64,000 bases of DNA from Octopus bimaculoides (Eukaryota): positions 57,476,642 through 57,540,641 of the forward strand of contig NC_068984.1 in assembly GCF_001194135.2 (NCBI RefSeq). Reading direction: 5' to 3'. The translations under genes and the position numbers were made by a program. Each line of letters starts with the position of its first letter. The stretch's first letter is position 1. Below, one piece after another: positions 1 to 12,389 of this stretch. The notes beneath the pieces were generated by a model. That model did not search any database. It was not told the origin of the DNA and was given only the letters and a program-made list of their open reading frames with translations.

Positions 1-114
1 TCCAATGTTGGTAAAACTCACCAGTTCAACAGTAACCAGGCCCGAACCAATGTAATTAATGAGATAATCTCTGCTGAGAGAGAATATGTTCACCAGTTGG
101 ATGATGTTTTACAA
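1..114 (+). CDS. ARHGEF9: Collybistin/Asef-family RhoGEF, first visible exon (start of DH domain; 5'-truncated by window edge)
   Basis: Frame 1 reads SNVGKTHQFNSNQARTNVINEIISAEREYVHQLDDVLQ, then donor GTAAGT at 115. Resembles the DH start of collybistin/Asef (RxNVINEIxxxERxY). Symbol denotes the ARHGEF9/ARHGEF4/SPATA13 family; exact orthology not resolvable here. Confidence 0.88.
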
Positions 115-873
115 GTAAGTTAACCAATGCATTGTTTAAGACTTGATCCATTTTGGGGGAGTTAAGCCTACCACTTCAGTGTTACTACCTTGCTAAGCAT
201 CAAGTGCACTGTTTAAATCTCTTGATAAAGAAACTAACAAAGCTTGTAGTAACCAACTAAACTTTGCAGTGTTTGTCAAAGCTTCCAATTACCAAGTAAT
301 GATTTATTGATTATGAATGTGGTGAATTGGTAGATTCATTAGAGTGTTTCACAAAATAACTTGTAGCATTTCTTCTACCACAAATTCCACTGTGGTCAAC
401 CTTGTCTTTCATCTCTCCAAGGTTGATAAAATAAAGAACCAGCCAAGTACTACTAACCACCTCCTCCAAAATTTCAAAATTCCAATACTAGAAGCAATTA
501 TTGACCAATTTTATAAACTTCTAAATGTGGTTATAACATGCAGTTAATTCATTGAATAATTATTACAATTGATTTATCCTCCACGCTAATAAAAATAACT
601 TGTCAGTTGCTTGACTGCTTTTGGTGATCAAAAATATTTGTTGTATTAATTCTGGTACTTGACTAGTACTTATTGATTGTAATAACTCCTGAAAGACAAA
701 GGCAAAAATCAATCTCAGTGGGATTTAAATAGATCTGGGACCTTGATTAAATACCACAAGGTATTTTGTCTAACACAAAAGCTTTGGTATGTGATTGTGA
801 TGACTAGATACAACATTATGTACATCTGGTTTCATCTCTCATTAATTTACATGGTTTTTGTTCTCTCTCTCAA

Positions 874-911
<38 letters not shown>

Positions 912-1176
912 GAGAACTCGTTTCTTTTCTTTCTGTCACTCTTAATTCTGATATTCTCAAATTTATTTTCACTGTTTGAGTTAGAGATAATTCTGAAATA
1001 ATTTATACAGCTACTTTGTCGTTCAGTTTAACACTACCATCTGGCTCTTGAGAGTTTTTAAGTAGGTGCCATTTGAACCAGGCTTTCAAATATAAGTTTC
1101 TGGTATTTTAATTTGTCTAAAGAATAGTTTGTTTACTAAAACAAAGTTGTTAAAAATAATTATTCATTCTACACTA

Positions 1177-1430
1177 TATGCGTGTGTGTGTGTGTGTATA
1201 TATATACATATGTATATATAAGTATGTGTGTATTGTGTGTGTATGTATATACATGCATGCATGTGTGCATACGTGCATGTGTGCGTATGTATATACATGC
1301 ATGTGTGCATATGTACATACATGCATGTGTGCATATGTACATACATGCATGTGTACATATGTATATGTATATATATGAATGTGTGTGTATATACATGCAT
1401 GTGTATGCATTATATGCAAGTGTGTGTATG

Positions 1431-1465
<35 letters not shown>

Positions 1466-1520
1466 ACGTATATATATGCATGTGTGTGTATGTATATACA
1501 TGCATGTGTGTGTATGTATA
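1177..1520. repeat. Compound (GT/AT/GCAT) microsatellite
   Basis: Low-complexity dinucleotide/tetranucleotide array; it generates the spurious Y/V/C/M/H/T ORFs. Confidence 0.95.
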
Positions 1521-1521
1521 T

Positions 1522-2440
1522 TCTACTACATATGTAGGAAATTCTGTCAGTGGGTGTGTCTGTGGAGTTGTTAGCTAACTCCTCCGACATTGTTTTATCA
1601 ATTTTGATGAAACTTGACACATGAGTGGAACTCATGTCTGGAAACCTCATAGCATACTCAGATTGTTGAAAAAAAATCGATAATAGGGCCCCTGGAAGGG
1701 ATTTTTATATTTATCTAACATATTTTGTTTTAAAAGCCAAGGGAAATAACCCATTCACCCCTGGAAGGGATCCTTATATATAGCAAAGGGAAATAACCCA
1801 ATCATTTTCCTAAATTATTTGGTATAAATCAAACTGAGTAAGCTTATTTCTTAGTATTTGAACTGTTTGAATTATTTTCGCAATTTATCCAGTATAACCC
1901 TTAAATAAGTAAATAGTATTTTCCTAAACAATAGATCCATTTATTTCAGTTAGTGACTTATTCACGAATATACCAACACTAGCACTGCTGAGGGTAATAT
2001 TCTCTGGGGACATACAAAAGTCCTTTTCAGAGTTATTTATTTTGAATTGTTATTATCTCATATCTGATTAGCCTGTTATTACATAACATGCTTCAGGATT
2101 TTAGTATACATACCTTATTAGTATTTCCTCCTATGTTCTATATACTCTGGGAATGCATTAAAGTCCTTTCCATAGCTACTTTATTTGAATTCTTACTATC
2201 AGGTAACTAATTTCATGTTATTACATAACCGACTTCACAATTTGAGTATTCATAACCTATTGGGAATTCCTAAAAACAAGATCCTGTCTAAGACAGTTTG
2301 GTATTCTCTGTAAATGCACAAAGACCATTTTAAGGGTTACATACTTTGTATTGTTGTTATTGGATTAGCGAAACAATTATGAGAATGGAACCAAGGGATA
2401 AGCCCCACTTTCCCAGGAATTACTGGGTACATCAGCTAGT
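1522..2440 (+). mobile_element. Non-autonomous Helitron/Helentron-like element
   Basis: 5' TCTACTA start, ATCAATTTTGATGAAACTT core motif, internal direct repeats (CCCCTGGAAGGGAT, AAGGGAAATAACCC), 3' hairpin CCCAG-gaatta-CTGGG (2412-2427) followed by CTAG|T (2436-2440). Confidence 0.6.
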
Positions 2441-2511
2441 ATGTATGTGTATATATGTATATATATAAATAATGTATGAACTGTTTACTTTTATATTGTT
2501 TTGCTTTTTAG

Positions 2512-2688
2512 GGTTATGTTGTTCAAGCCAAGAAAAGGCCAGACATGTTTCCAGACGACAAGATTTCTACCATTTTCGGCAATTTGGAGGATATATACAC
2601 TTTTTCTAAAAAGTTCTTCAAAAGTCTTGAAGTCAGTCTCAAAGATGACTTACACCAAAGTGAAGTGGGTCATTGTTTTATTGAACAT
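2512..2688 (+). CDS. ARHGEF9: RhoGEF exon (DH domain)
   Basis: ttttag|GGT...CAT|gtaagt; 177 nt, phase 0/0; GYVVQAKKRPDMFPDDKISTIFGNLEDIYTFSKKFFKSLEVSLKDDLHQSEVGHCFIEH. Confidence 0.93.
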
Positions 2689-2887
2689 GTAAGTAACTCA
2701 GCAGTCTTTGAAGTGCTAATTATTTTGATAAACACCTTAACCCTTTTGATACCAACCTGCCTGAGATTATTCCTTGTTCTGTAATACAAACTTCCTGTTT
2801 TAAAGTGATCTAAATTAGGAATTTCAATTTGTGTTCTAAACGCCAGCTTAAGATTTTGGGAGATTACATGTACTCCAGTGTTCAAAT

Positions 2888-3018
2888 GGTACTTACTTTA
2901 TCAACCCCCAAAAGGATGAAAGACAAAGTCAACCTCAGCAGAATTTGAATTCCGAATATCAAGCCTAAAGAAATGCCACTAAGCATTTTGTCCAGTGTGC
3001 TAACAATTCTGCCAGCTC
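2888..3018 (+). repeat. Dispersed SINE/LINE-tail repeat (ggtact..tttatc.accc..aaaggatgaaag.caaagtcaacctc..cagaatttgaa)
   Basis: Further copies at ~10020-10161, ~17536-17662 and ~29620-29712 (-). Confidence 0.75.
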
Positions 3019-3167
3019 CTTGCTGTATACTAACTTAATAATGACAGTTATTTTACTAAATTCTTCATTGTTTTCAAAATTATGAAGCAGAAGTAATGTA
3101 TTTCAACAAAAATAAGGTAACAAAAGGGTTAAAGCATAAGACAGTCTGAATTATAATTAACTTTTTA

Positions 3168-4036
3168 GGATGAGGATAGCTGTGTGAAAAAGTGCCACAC
3201 CCTAGCAGTTGAGGAGAACCTGTGGAAGAGGTAGACCCAGGAAGACCTTGGATGAGGTGGTGAAGCACGACCTTCAAACATTAGGCCTCACCGAGACAAT
3301 GACTAGTGACTGAGACGTTTGGAAATATGCTGTGTATGAGAAGACCCAGAAAGCCAAGTGAGAGCATAACCTATGACCTTTGCCAGGGGTGTAGCCAGCC
3401 CACTTATGCATACCTTTCCTTCATTGTACACTAAACTCTGCTTGCGAAGACCTGTTGAGGCAAGTGAAATCAAATCGAACCAAATTCTACGACTGGCACC
3501 CATGCCAACATCGTCTCCTTCATTGGACACTAAATTCTGCTTGCAAAGACCTGTTGGGGCAAGTGAAATCAAAATTGAACGCAAATTCAATGACTGGCAC
3601 CCGTGCCAATGGAGCACTAACAGCACCGTTCGAGCGTGATCATTGCCAGAGCAGCTATCTGGCTTCCATGCCGGTGGCATGTAAAAAGCACCATTTGAGC
3701 GTGATTGTTACCAGCATCGCCTTACTGGCACATGAAAAAACATTCGAGTAAGGTCGTTGCCAGTGCCGCTGGACTGGCCCCTGTGCAGGTGGCATGTAAA
3801 AAAACACCATTTGAGCGTGGCCATTGCCAGTACCGCCTGATTGGCCCTCGTGCCAGTGGCACATAAAAGTACCCACTATACTCTTGGAGTGGTTGGCATT
3901 AGGAAGGGCATCCAGCTGTAGAAACTCTGCCAGATCAGATTGGAGCCTGGTGCAGCCATCTAGTTTGCCAGTCCTCAGTCAAATCGTCCAACCCATGCTA
4001 GCATGGAAAGCAGACGTTAAACGATGATGATGATGA
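3168..4036 (+). mobile_element. 5'-truncated RTE-clade LINE 3' end with tandem-repeat-rich 3' UTR
   Basis: Decayed C-terminus EDSCVKKCHTLAVEG.CGRGRPRKT.DEVVKHDL..LGL (RGRPRKxW-type RTE tail, with frameshifts), two ~88-bp and several ~75-bp tandem units, and a terminal ...catgctagcatggaaagcagacgttaaac(gat)n. Confidence 0.8.
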
Positions 4037-4867
4037 TTATATCTGGTTAATGTTAAAGCAATTTGGGTGGCCAACATATTCTGTCACCAGTTTAACACCA
4101 TAACCTGGCAATTGAGGGTTTTTAAGTGGGGGTCCATTTGAAACACATCTCGAGTTGTAGGATAACCTGTGAGTTATACATTTCACATTTTTTTTCTACA
4201 GCTGTCTTAAGAGGTCGTCTGAGTTGCATTCTCTCCTCTAAAAATTTGAAAATTCTGTTTAAGTTAATAGAAGCTTAAGTTTTATAATGTGACCATTAAT
4301 AAATTTCATTGAACATGATTGATTGATTGAATAATGTTAAACACTTAAAACTGGAAATTTAGGTTACTCAGGAACAATAAATCAGATTACTGTGAGTAGC
4401 GATTATTGTGATTAAGTCTGGAGTGGACAAAGCAAATTACAATGAATTAAACATAGAAAATCATTTTGATACAAGTAACTTGTTGAAATTTGCCTAGTGA
4501 TGTTTATTTAGTGATTTACAGAATGTTATAGTAAATGTTTTTTCTAAGAGCTGTAGTACAAATGGTAGTCCATTTGGAGTACATTGTATTTCCGCAAGAA
4601 TGGTGGAATGGTTGGCGGCATATTGAAAGGTTTGTTGTTAGTTAATACAAGTTTAAAATGTTGTTTCTTTTTAAGTAAAAGCAGTAAATAGGAGATTGGT
4701 ATGTTGAGGGAAGGAGATTGGGCAATCAAAAATTAGTTTTAAAATCTATTTCCTTTACATGGAGATATGGTAGACTGCCAACACCCTCAATAATATGTTA
4801 TTCTTTTAAAGATACTTAATGACAGTGGAAATAGTGCCAATTTGAATCAAAGCACTTTTTGGTGTGC

Positions 4868-4918
<51 letters not shown>

Positions 4919-5243
4919 AAGTTAGTGTTTTTAATAATGTTATTAAAAGCAAGTAACATTCATTGGGAAAAGATTTGACGTATGAGTTAAATGTAAATAA
5001 TCTATTAGACAGAATTGCTGTGACTTCAAAGTTTTGTTGGCAATTCCTTGTTAGACTCGCTAATGAACCTTTGACGGTGAAATTGAAAAATGTATTCTTT
5101 CTAATCTTTCTGTCTAATAAATTGTGTGTGTGTATGTGTATATATATGTATGTATGTATGTATATATATCTACAAAAGTCATTTTAAGATCCACAAAGTC
5201 ATAGAGAGGTATTTGATAACTTCCAAATCAGATGTGCAATCTA

Positions 5244-5370
5244 CAGGGTGTCCACAAGGTCTGGGTATATGGAGTAAATAAAATCATAACATAAACAATC
5301 AAATATAAGAAATAATAATTTCTTAAAATATGTGTTAATCCCCATGTACCCAGACTTTGTGGACACCCTG
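5244..5370. mobile_element. Tc1/mariner MITE
   Basis: TA-flanked 24-bp TIRs CAGGGTGTCCACAAGGTCTGGGTA / TACCCAGACTTTGTGGACACCCTG (one mismatch). Confidence 0.85.
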
Positions 5371-5985
5371 TATGTGAGTGCCTTTTCAGAACACCGTCTT
5401 GTTTAAAAAGCCACATCAGATGCCATGATGGTTCTAAGGTGTAGGTACAGGAGGTGGTCAAACTCTGCATAAGGAGTAGACAACCACCATATATATATAT
5501 ATATATGTGTGTGTATTTATACACACACATACATACACACATTATTTCTTCTCTTTTAGATCTTCTCATGTGTACATGAGTGCATAGTTTTTCTAAACAT
5601 ATATATTCATGCATTTACATTTAGGACCTAAGAAAAGAAGTTATCAAATACCTCTGTATGACTTTGTGCCATGTTATATGGTCTTTCTGCTACTATATTA
5701 AAACATGCCATTCTTGAGAATTTGCTTGCTCCAGTTTCAATATGCTTGAATTGACCCTAAACTCCATCTTATCTTCAAAGCCACACTGAATATTGCATGC
5801 AATCTCTCTTTTCAGAACCTTCTTACCTATGGAACTTTTTTCTCAAACTGCAAATTAACTGATGCAATATTACTTAGTCCCTTGCACCAGAAAAAAGCCC
5901 AATGCAATAGTAATGAAAAGTAATGATAAAAATTTTTTTTTTTTTTTGGAGTTTCTAAAAGATATGTTTGTATATTGTATTACAG

Positions 5986-6090
5986 AGGAAAGGTTTTGAA
6001 ATATATTCAGATTACTGCAACAATCACCCTCATGCCTGTGATCAGTTGAAAGAATTGTGTAAAAACAAGCGATATCGACATTTCTTCGAG
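5986..6090 (+). CDS. ARHGEF9: RhoGEF exon (DH domain)
   Basis: tacag|AGG...GAG|gtaagg; 105 nt; [35 protein letters not shown] (YSxYCNNH motif). Confidence 0.93.
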
Positions 6091-9000
6091 GTAAGGTGTT
6101 AAACATTCATTATTTCTTTTGGTTCATTTAGTGCTACATTCAATGTTACAGTGGAAGTATTACTGGAGCATTGGTGGGTTTGTAGTAGTGAAGGTTACTA
6201 TTGATTGAAGCTAAACTTGGCATAGATTATTTCAGCATAGATTCTTGAGTATGACAGCCACTGTATAGGGATATGCTGGAGTTTATTTTAGTTTCATAAC
6301 ATTAAATGGTTGGAAATAGCAATACTGGTTTGTATTCATGGGAGAATTTGAACTCATTGTTGCAAGGTAATGAAACAGTTGTTAGTTGTACAATTATTGT
6401 AGTGAAAATATTAGCATCCACATTAAGATATTCACTTAGCGATGGAACTTGTGCATAGTGAACTCAGTGTATCTTTAATCAAAGCCTAAATCCAGTAAGA
6501 AGATGAGCTGAGATAATTTCAAGTGCTGTAGTCTGAGATTTAATACTTGTGGGATTACTGCAAGTCCATGAGAGTGGAATTCAGTATTGCAAGCTAACAA
6601 AATGCTCATCGATTTCCTAGTTTAATAAATAGTTCCTGTCCTGTGTTATCAATTTACAGCTAGGTGAACTGAGCCAGTTGAGAGTTAATTATTTCGGTTA
6701 CTGACACATTTCAATGGACAATGTTACTAACTGTGCATGAAGAAAAGGGGGACACTAAAGCTTACAAACTGATATTCTAAATGTTGCCAATTGTGACCCA
6801 CTGGAATTAGAAATATAAATTAAAACTGCTTTCCTTTTATCTGTTATGAAGTATTCTTGTTTGGATAATTTTACGAAATTGGTTAGTCCTGTATGGTACC
6901 CACAACTGCTTCTCAGATTCTCTGCCAGAAAGAATTTACTATCTCTTTTACATTATAAAACTGAAATCAAAGTAACACCATGCAGCAGATTTATGTTTTG
7001 TAGAAGGTGTATTCGTTTTAATCCATATCATTGATATGTCAATGATCCTGAGGGCTGGGTTTTATTTTCTCTTCCTGCAGTGTTAAGTAGTTGAGAGAGA
7101 AATCTCCTTCTGGCCAGTACATTTCTCTGTTGGAGGTAGATTTTCTTGCAGTTGTGATTGAATTCTATTCTAAAAGTGAACAGAATACTCCACAATTCCA
7201 CAGTACTATTGTGGTACCTACTTGAAACTAAGTGAACTTGATTGCCTTGACAACTGACAGAGTGCAATGTGGGTCTCTGGATACAAACTACCAACTTCTC
7301 CTCTATTGTCACAGCTCTCTGCACACTTTTTTAATAATATATCAGGTTCTACTTTTATCAGTCCCAGTAAGATATAATTTCAAGACACGGTATTTAGTCT
7401 CTTGACGTTTTGTTTGTGCTGATCACCAGTTTTGTCAAAGTCAGAAAAGGTCATGACCTGAACTTTTTTAACATACCTATCACTGATCATAGTTATTCAA
7501 TATGTATCAGTTGAATATACAGTTAGAGAGAAAATTGGTCTCCGGAAAGGGCTATTAATCAAAGCTACATGTTCTTCCCATTGAGAATTGTAAGATGTGC
7601 TTACATTATAAGAATTTAGAAACTTCAAGAGATATTAAGTAAATTATTTTTAACCGTGAAACTCAAAATAATAGTGCATAGAATATTAGATTAAAATACC
7701 TGTTGGGCAGCCTTCAGCTTTTTTCCATCCAAGAGATTTTCAACCCAATATCCAACATCCTATCATTCATAGCTTTATTTATTTCAAGTTACACTGATAA
7801 AAATAATTTACTTCATATCTCTCAAAGTTACTTAATTATTATGCAAACATTTAAAAAGTAGAGCTTTTTTTTTTTTTAAATAGTTGCTATTTCATTTGTC
7901 TTTCTGTTTCCATTTCCCCATAGTTCTTTGTTTTTTCACTATCTCTCTCTTTCTCCCTCTCTCCCACAATTTTTTTTTTTTTTTTTTTTACTCACCATCT
8001 CTCTACCTATTCAATGCATACATATATTGTATTTGAAAGAGGAATGGTTGTTGAATTCATTCTGACACCTTGGATGCCTTCAGCAGAGTCCACTTTGTTG
8101 CAAGCATCTGGACCAGATTTTATGTTTGCAAATGTCTCCCTGCCATCCACCAGTCTTGGAGGCCCTATGATGGAGGATGGGCACTGCCTTCCTTCCTGAC
8201 TAAAAGATAAGAATAAAAAAAACTGTCTGTGTACTATTTAAAAGTAATTTTGTGCCGTTTAGCTGCAACAGATACTTGTGATCATAAAATATTCTTGGCT
8301 TATATTTTGCTAGGAAAACAAATAATAAAGAATTTTATTTTTTCAATTACTTTTTTTTTTTGTTTTTCTCTATTGCTGTCAAAAGCTAAAAATTAACACG
8401 ATGTTTTGGCAGTTTCATTAAAATAGAATTTCTTATGTCAATCTCCTTTGCTGCATTTACCTACTAAGAATTGTACTAAAGTGATGTAATCAATTTCATT
8501 CATTGGTGTCTACTTAGTTCTTTTGCTCACATGTTTGGTGCTGTGTACCTGCTACATATGCATACTCATACAGTCTAGATAGCATCTGAGATTAAAGAAC
8601 AAACCTCTCCTTGAGATATGTATAATTTTTATGTCTTTCCTACTGCTACAACAGAAGTCTGTTCCTTTCAGCTTACTGACTCTATACACCCCTTGTCTTA
8701 TGCACCCATCTATCTTTCTCTCATCAAACCCATCATTGCTTATCCCTTCTCAGACCCAATACTAAATATTTTGCTAACTAACTCTTTCTTTCCCTAAAAT
8801 ACATCACTTTTGTTTATATATTTTTCACAACCAAAACACTTATTTCATTCCTTTATGTAATAAATTCTAGTGGACCTATTAAAAAGGTTCAAGTACAGTT
8901 AGCTTCATTTTCAGACTAATTAACCCTTTAATTTGTAAAACTTATTTGACACTTTTTAGTTTTTGTGTGATATCTTTGCATCAGAGCTTAAAGAATCAAA

Positions 9001-9346
9001 TAAAAGTAACTTTTGGTAGTGGTAGATATACATTTAAGCTTTACCATGAAATGAAGATATTTAAACTAACATTGTTGAAAAATCTTCTCAATATATCTCA
9101 TGGTAATATACTTGAAAATATGTTTCTTTTTACAGGCTCGATGTCCTCTTTATCTCCTTATCTCCTGCTTTTTTTCTGAATGTATTTCTTGCTTAATGAC
9201 ATACCTTTTCAACCAATATACATATATATATACACACACACATATATATACACACACATACATGTATACACACACATATTTGATATCCCTTCTCTTCTTC
9301 CCTATCTATCTCCTCTCAATTTTTGTTCTTTGGTATTATCTTCCAG

Positions 9347-9604
9347 GGTTGCCGCTTACTACAAGACATGAAACAGATACCATTAGAAGGATTCTTACTC
9401 ACCCCAGTACAGAAAATTTGCAAGTATCCATTACAGTTGGCTGAACTTCTAAAATATACATCAACCTCCCACCCAGATTATCATGATGTCTGTGAGGCTC
9501 TAGATGCTATGAAGAAGATAGCTTGCCTTATTAATGAGAGAAAACGAAGAATGGAAAGTATTGAGAAAATAGCTGAATGGCAGGCAACAGTCGAAGACTG
9601 GGAG
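9347..9604 (+). CDS. ARHGEF9: RhoGEF exon (DH C-terminal half)
   Basis: ttccag|GGT...GAG|gtaaga; 258 nt; [38 protein letters not shown]...[25 protein letters not shown], the canonical DH signature of this family. Confidence 0.96.
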
Positions 9605-11522
9605 GTAAGAGTTCCTCTTGACTATTCTTTATTTGACGACTTCTTTACTATGATAACCACACATTTATTTTGTGGTTTCTGTTACAATACAAGTTTACTG
9701 CGTTATATGATGTTCAAGTGCAGTGTATGCATATTATAGAAGTTAGGTGTAGTGGTTTAGGTATTAGGCATAAATCTTGATGCATTTACTTCTAGGTTAG
9801 GCATGGGCAAAAGTTTTTTTCTGTAGTGGGCCTAATAGAATACAGTTCATCATAAATCAGGTCACACCACTGAAAGAATAATTGAAACGTCATATGTAGA
9901 GCAGTGTACTTTTTGTCATAATACATAAAAATTTGAGTGAATAAGAGAAATAATGGTTTCAAATTTTGGCACAAGGCCAACAATTTCAGATGAGGGGTCC
10001 AAGTTGATTACATCAGCTCCAGTACTCAACGTGTACTTATTTTATTGAGCTAGAAAGGATGAAAAGTAAAGTCAACCTCCGTGGAATTTGAACTCAGAAC
10101 ATAAAGGTGGATGGAATGCCTCTAAGTATTTTGCCCAGTGTGCTGACAATTCTGCCAGCTCAAAAATTGTTCAAATTAATGGAATCACGCTTAAATATAA
10201 TGTTACAGAATATTGGTACAAAAATAGTTTTGTGTTTTTAGGGACATGACATTTTGCATGTGATATAAAAACACATAATGGGCCACATGCACCTGAATAC
10301 TGTGTGTTACTCGTATCTGGTCTAGATATTTAGTGAGACATAGTTGGTAATTAGTTATAGTTTAAGATGGAAAGAATGACAGAGGGGAGCCATTATTAAA
10401 ACATTAATGATGTACACCAAACATTCTATACATTTACATATCCATAATGCTGAATCTCCAATCAAATTTACAGATTTCAGTTGCCTGTTCCTATGCATTA
10501 AGTCTACCCAAGTAGAGATGACTAGAGACACTCGACACCAATACAGTGATCAGTTTCATTTTTTTGACATTAAAAAAATAGAAGCAAAGATCAGGTGGAT
10601 ATGGTATTGGGCTATCACTTCAGTAGCCTTGAGCTCAACAGGTCTGACTGCAGGTGGTGTTATGTTGCACTCACCTCTATACACTTCAATACATTATGCT
10701 ATTATATCATTGCTACTTTTACAATAGAGGGAGAGATATAGTAAATTCTGGCATAAATTGATCATAATAAGTAGAGGTACAAAACCAAATATTTTAGTGT
10801 ATGCAATCTAGTGGCCTCCTGTCTCTCGTGCCTCCATCAATCTATCATTTTCAGCAAACTTCATATATATTTGAAATTGCTTCATTTTATTTTTCTTCTT
10901 AAGGAATTTTTCAAGTGTTATATAACTTAATTAAATTGGATCTCTAGGTGAAGATTTGAGCTGCTAGCATACTTTTTTGCTGAAGAGGTTTTTTTAATGA
11001 ATCATTTTGGAAATGTGAAGTGAGTTTTTCATTCTGCAGTGCAAGAGTTATTTAACTCATTTTTACACAATTAATTATTTTAAAGTATTTGATTTATTGT
11101 GTTTAACAACTTTGAATTTTTTCCATCAATTCAAAGTTTCTGCCCCACCAGAATTTGTAATAGGTTCGTAACCCATTAGAATAGTAGTTTAGTAAAAGAG
11201 ATCTTGTTCTCACTATGTACTTTTTACATTACTGCAGCAGACATCAGTTACATTTAGTTTATATTACAAAAGTTGGTTCTATCTGTGTATATGTTTTCCC
11301 ATATGTGTATCCACAAGAATGCAGCTTGCGTGAGAAAGTCAATGAGATATTTAGTGACAGATGAAGTGGGGAGAAGTGCTGTGGCACTTTGCAACCTTCG
11401 TTGAATTTTGTGCTGGTGAATTTTAAAGAATAATTTTTTGAGCTGCGTAGCAGCGGTTTCAGTATTTACGTGTTTTGATTGTGTTTTCTCTTCTCGTAAG
11501 AGAGGAGACGGCCGGTTAAGGA

Positions 11523-12389
11523 ATGTCTGAAGACAGTTATTCAAACATGTCTTCGTCCGAGGAGGAGTTGCGGGAGGCTGTGAAAAGAATGGACCAAATG
11601 CTGACAGCAGGGAACAGGAATTTTGCTGATGCAGCAAGGTGTAAGGAGACGGAACTGAACATCGGCAAACTAGGAAAGTATAAAAGTGAAATGACACGAG
11701 ACGGGTTCGAAGTGAAGCTGAAGCCCCCGCAAGAAGTAAAAGACGGGATAAGGGAGAAAACGATAAGTTATCGAACATATTCGATAAATAAGGGAAAAAT
11801 TGATGTCGTCACGACAGAGAAAATAGAACAGGCGTTGAGGCAGATTTGGGATGATATAACATACCTGGCTAGCGGTTCCACTTTTGGAACAGTAGAAGTA
11901 AAGTTCCGGAATGCATCAGCAGCAAGGAAACATGCAGCTTCAACAATTCGAAGTGAAGAAGTGGTGCTGTTGCCCACGTATAGAGGCAGGAGAGCGACAA
12001 GAATCACGGTAGAAGGAATCCCACCAGAGATTGATGTGTTCAGGGTGGCAGATGCGGTCCTCCGTGGTAATGAGGACAACATAGTAGTGCTCCAGGCCAA
12101 GAAAAAAGACTGCGTTAACTGGAGAGGTCAGCAATTGGAGATGATAGTCCAAGGGTCAAAAGAAACGGTAGAAAAGATTACAGAGTCTATAACCATGGAT
12201 GAAATAACTATGACTGTTAGGGTGGAAGGAAGAGTTCCACGGTGCTTCAAATGTGGCCTGAAGGGACACATAAGAGCGAACTGCCCTACACCACCCAAAA
12301 TGGTAGAGGAGAGACGGCCTCCACCACAAGAGAGGACACAAGAAGTGGAAAAGGAAACCCCAGAAGATAAGGAATGGGAAACGGCCTGA
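11523..12389 (+). CDS. LINE ORF1/Gag-like nucleic-acid chaperone (RRM-like region + CCHC zinc knuckle), 288 aa
   Basis: CFKCGLKGHIRANC (C-x2-C-x4-H-x4-C); upstream ITVEGIPPEI and TVEVKF segments are RRM-like as in L1/Tx1-type ORF1 proteins (by eye); purine-rich, GC-elevated coding strand. Confidence 0.82.
   Translation: MSEDSYSNMSSSEEELREAVKRMDQMLTAGNRNFADAARCKETELNIGKLGKYKSEMTRDGFEVKLKPPQEVKDGIREKTISYRTYSINKGKIDVVTTEKIEQALRQIWDDITYLASGSTFGTVEVKFRNASAARKHAASTIRSEEVVLLPTYRGRRATRITVEGIPPEIDVFRVADAVLRGNEDNIVVLQAKKKDCVNWRGQQLEMIVQGSKETVEKITESITMDEITMTVRVEGRVPRCFKCGLKGHIRANCPTPPKMVEERRPPPQERTQEVEKETPEDKEWETA

Noticed and set aside
1164-1650. Overlapping 66-158 aa ORFs on both strands
   Set aside because: They are translations of a compound microsatellite (Y/I/H/T/C/V/M repeats).
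11254-12100. 174-aa and 110-aa minus-strand ORFs
   Set aside because: They are antisense shadows of the purine-rich ORF1; the 174-aa ORF crosses the TSD boundary and has no recognisable motifs.
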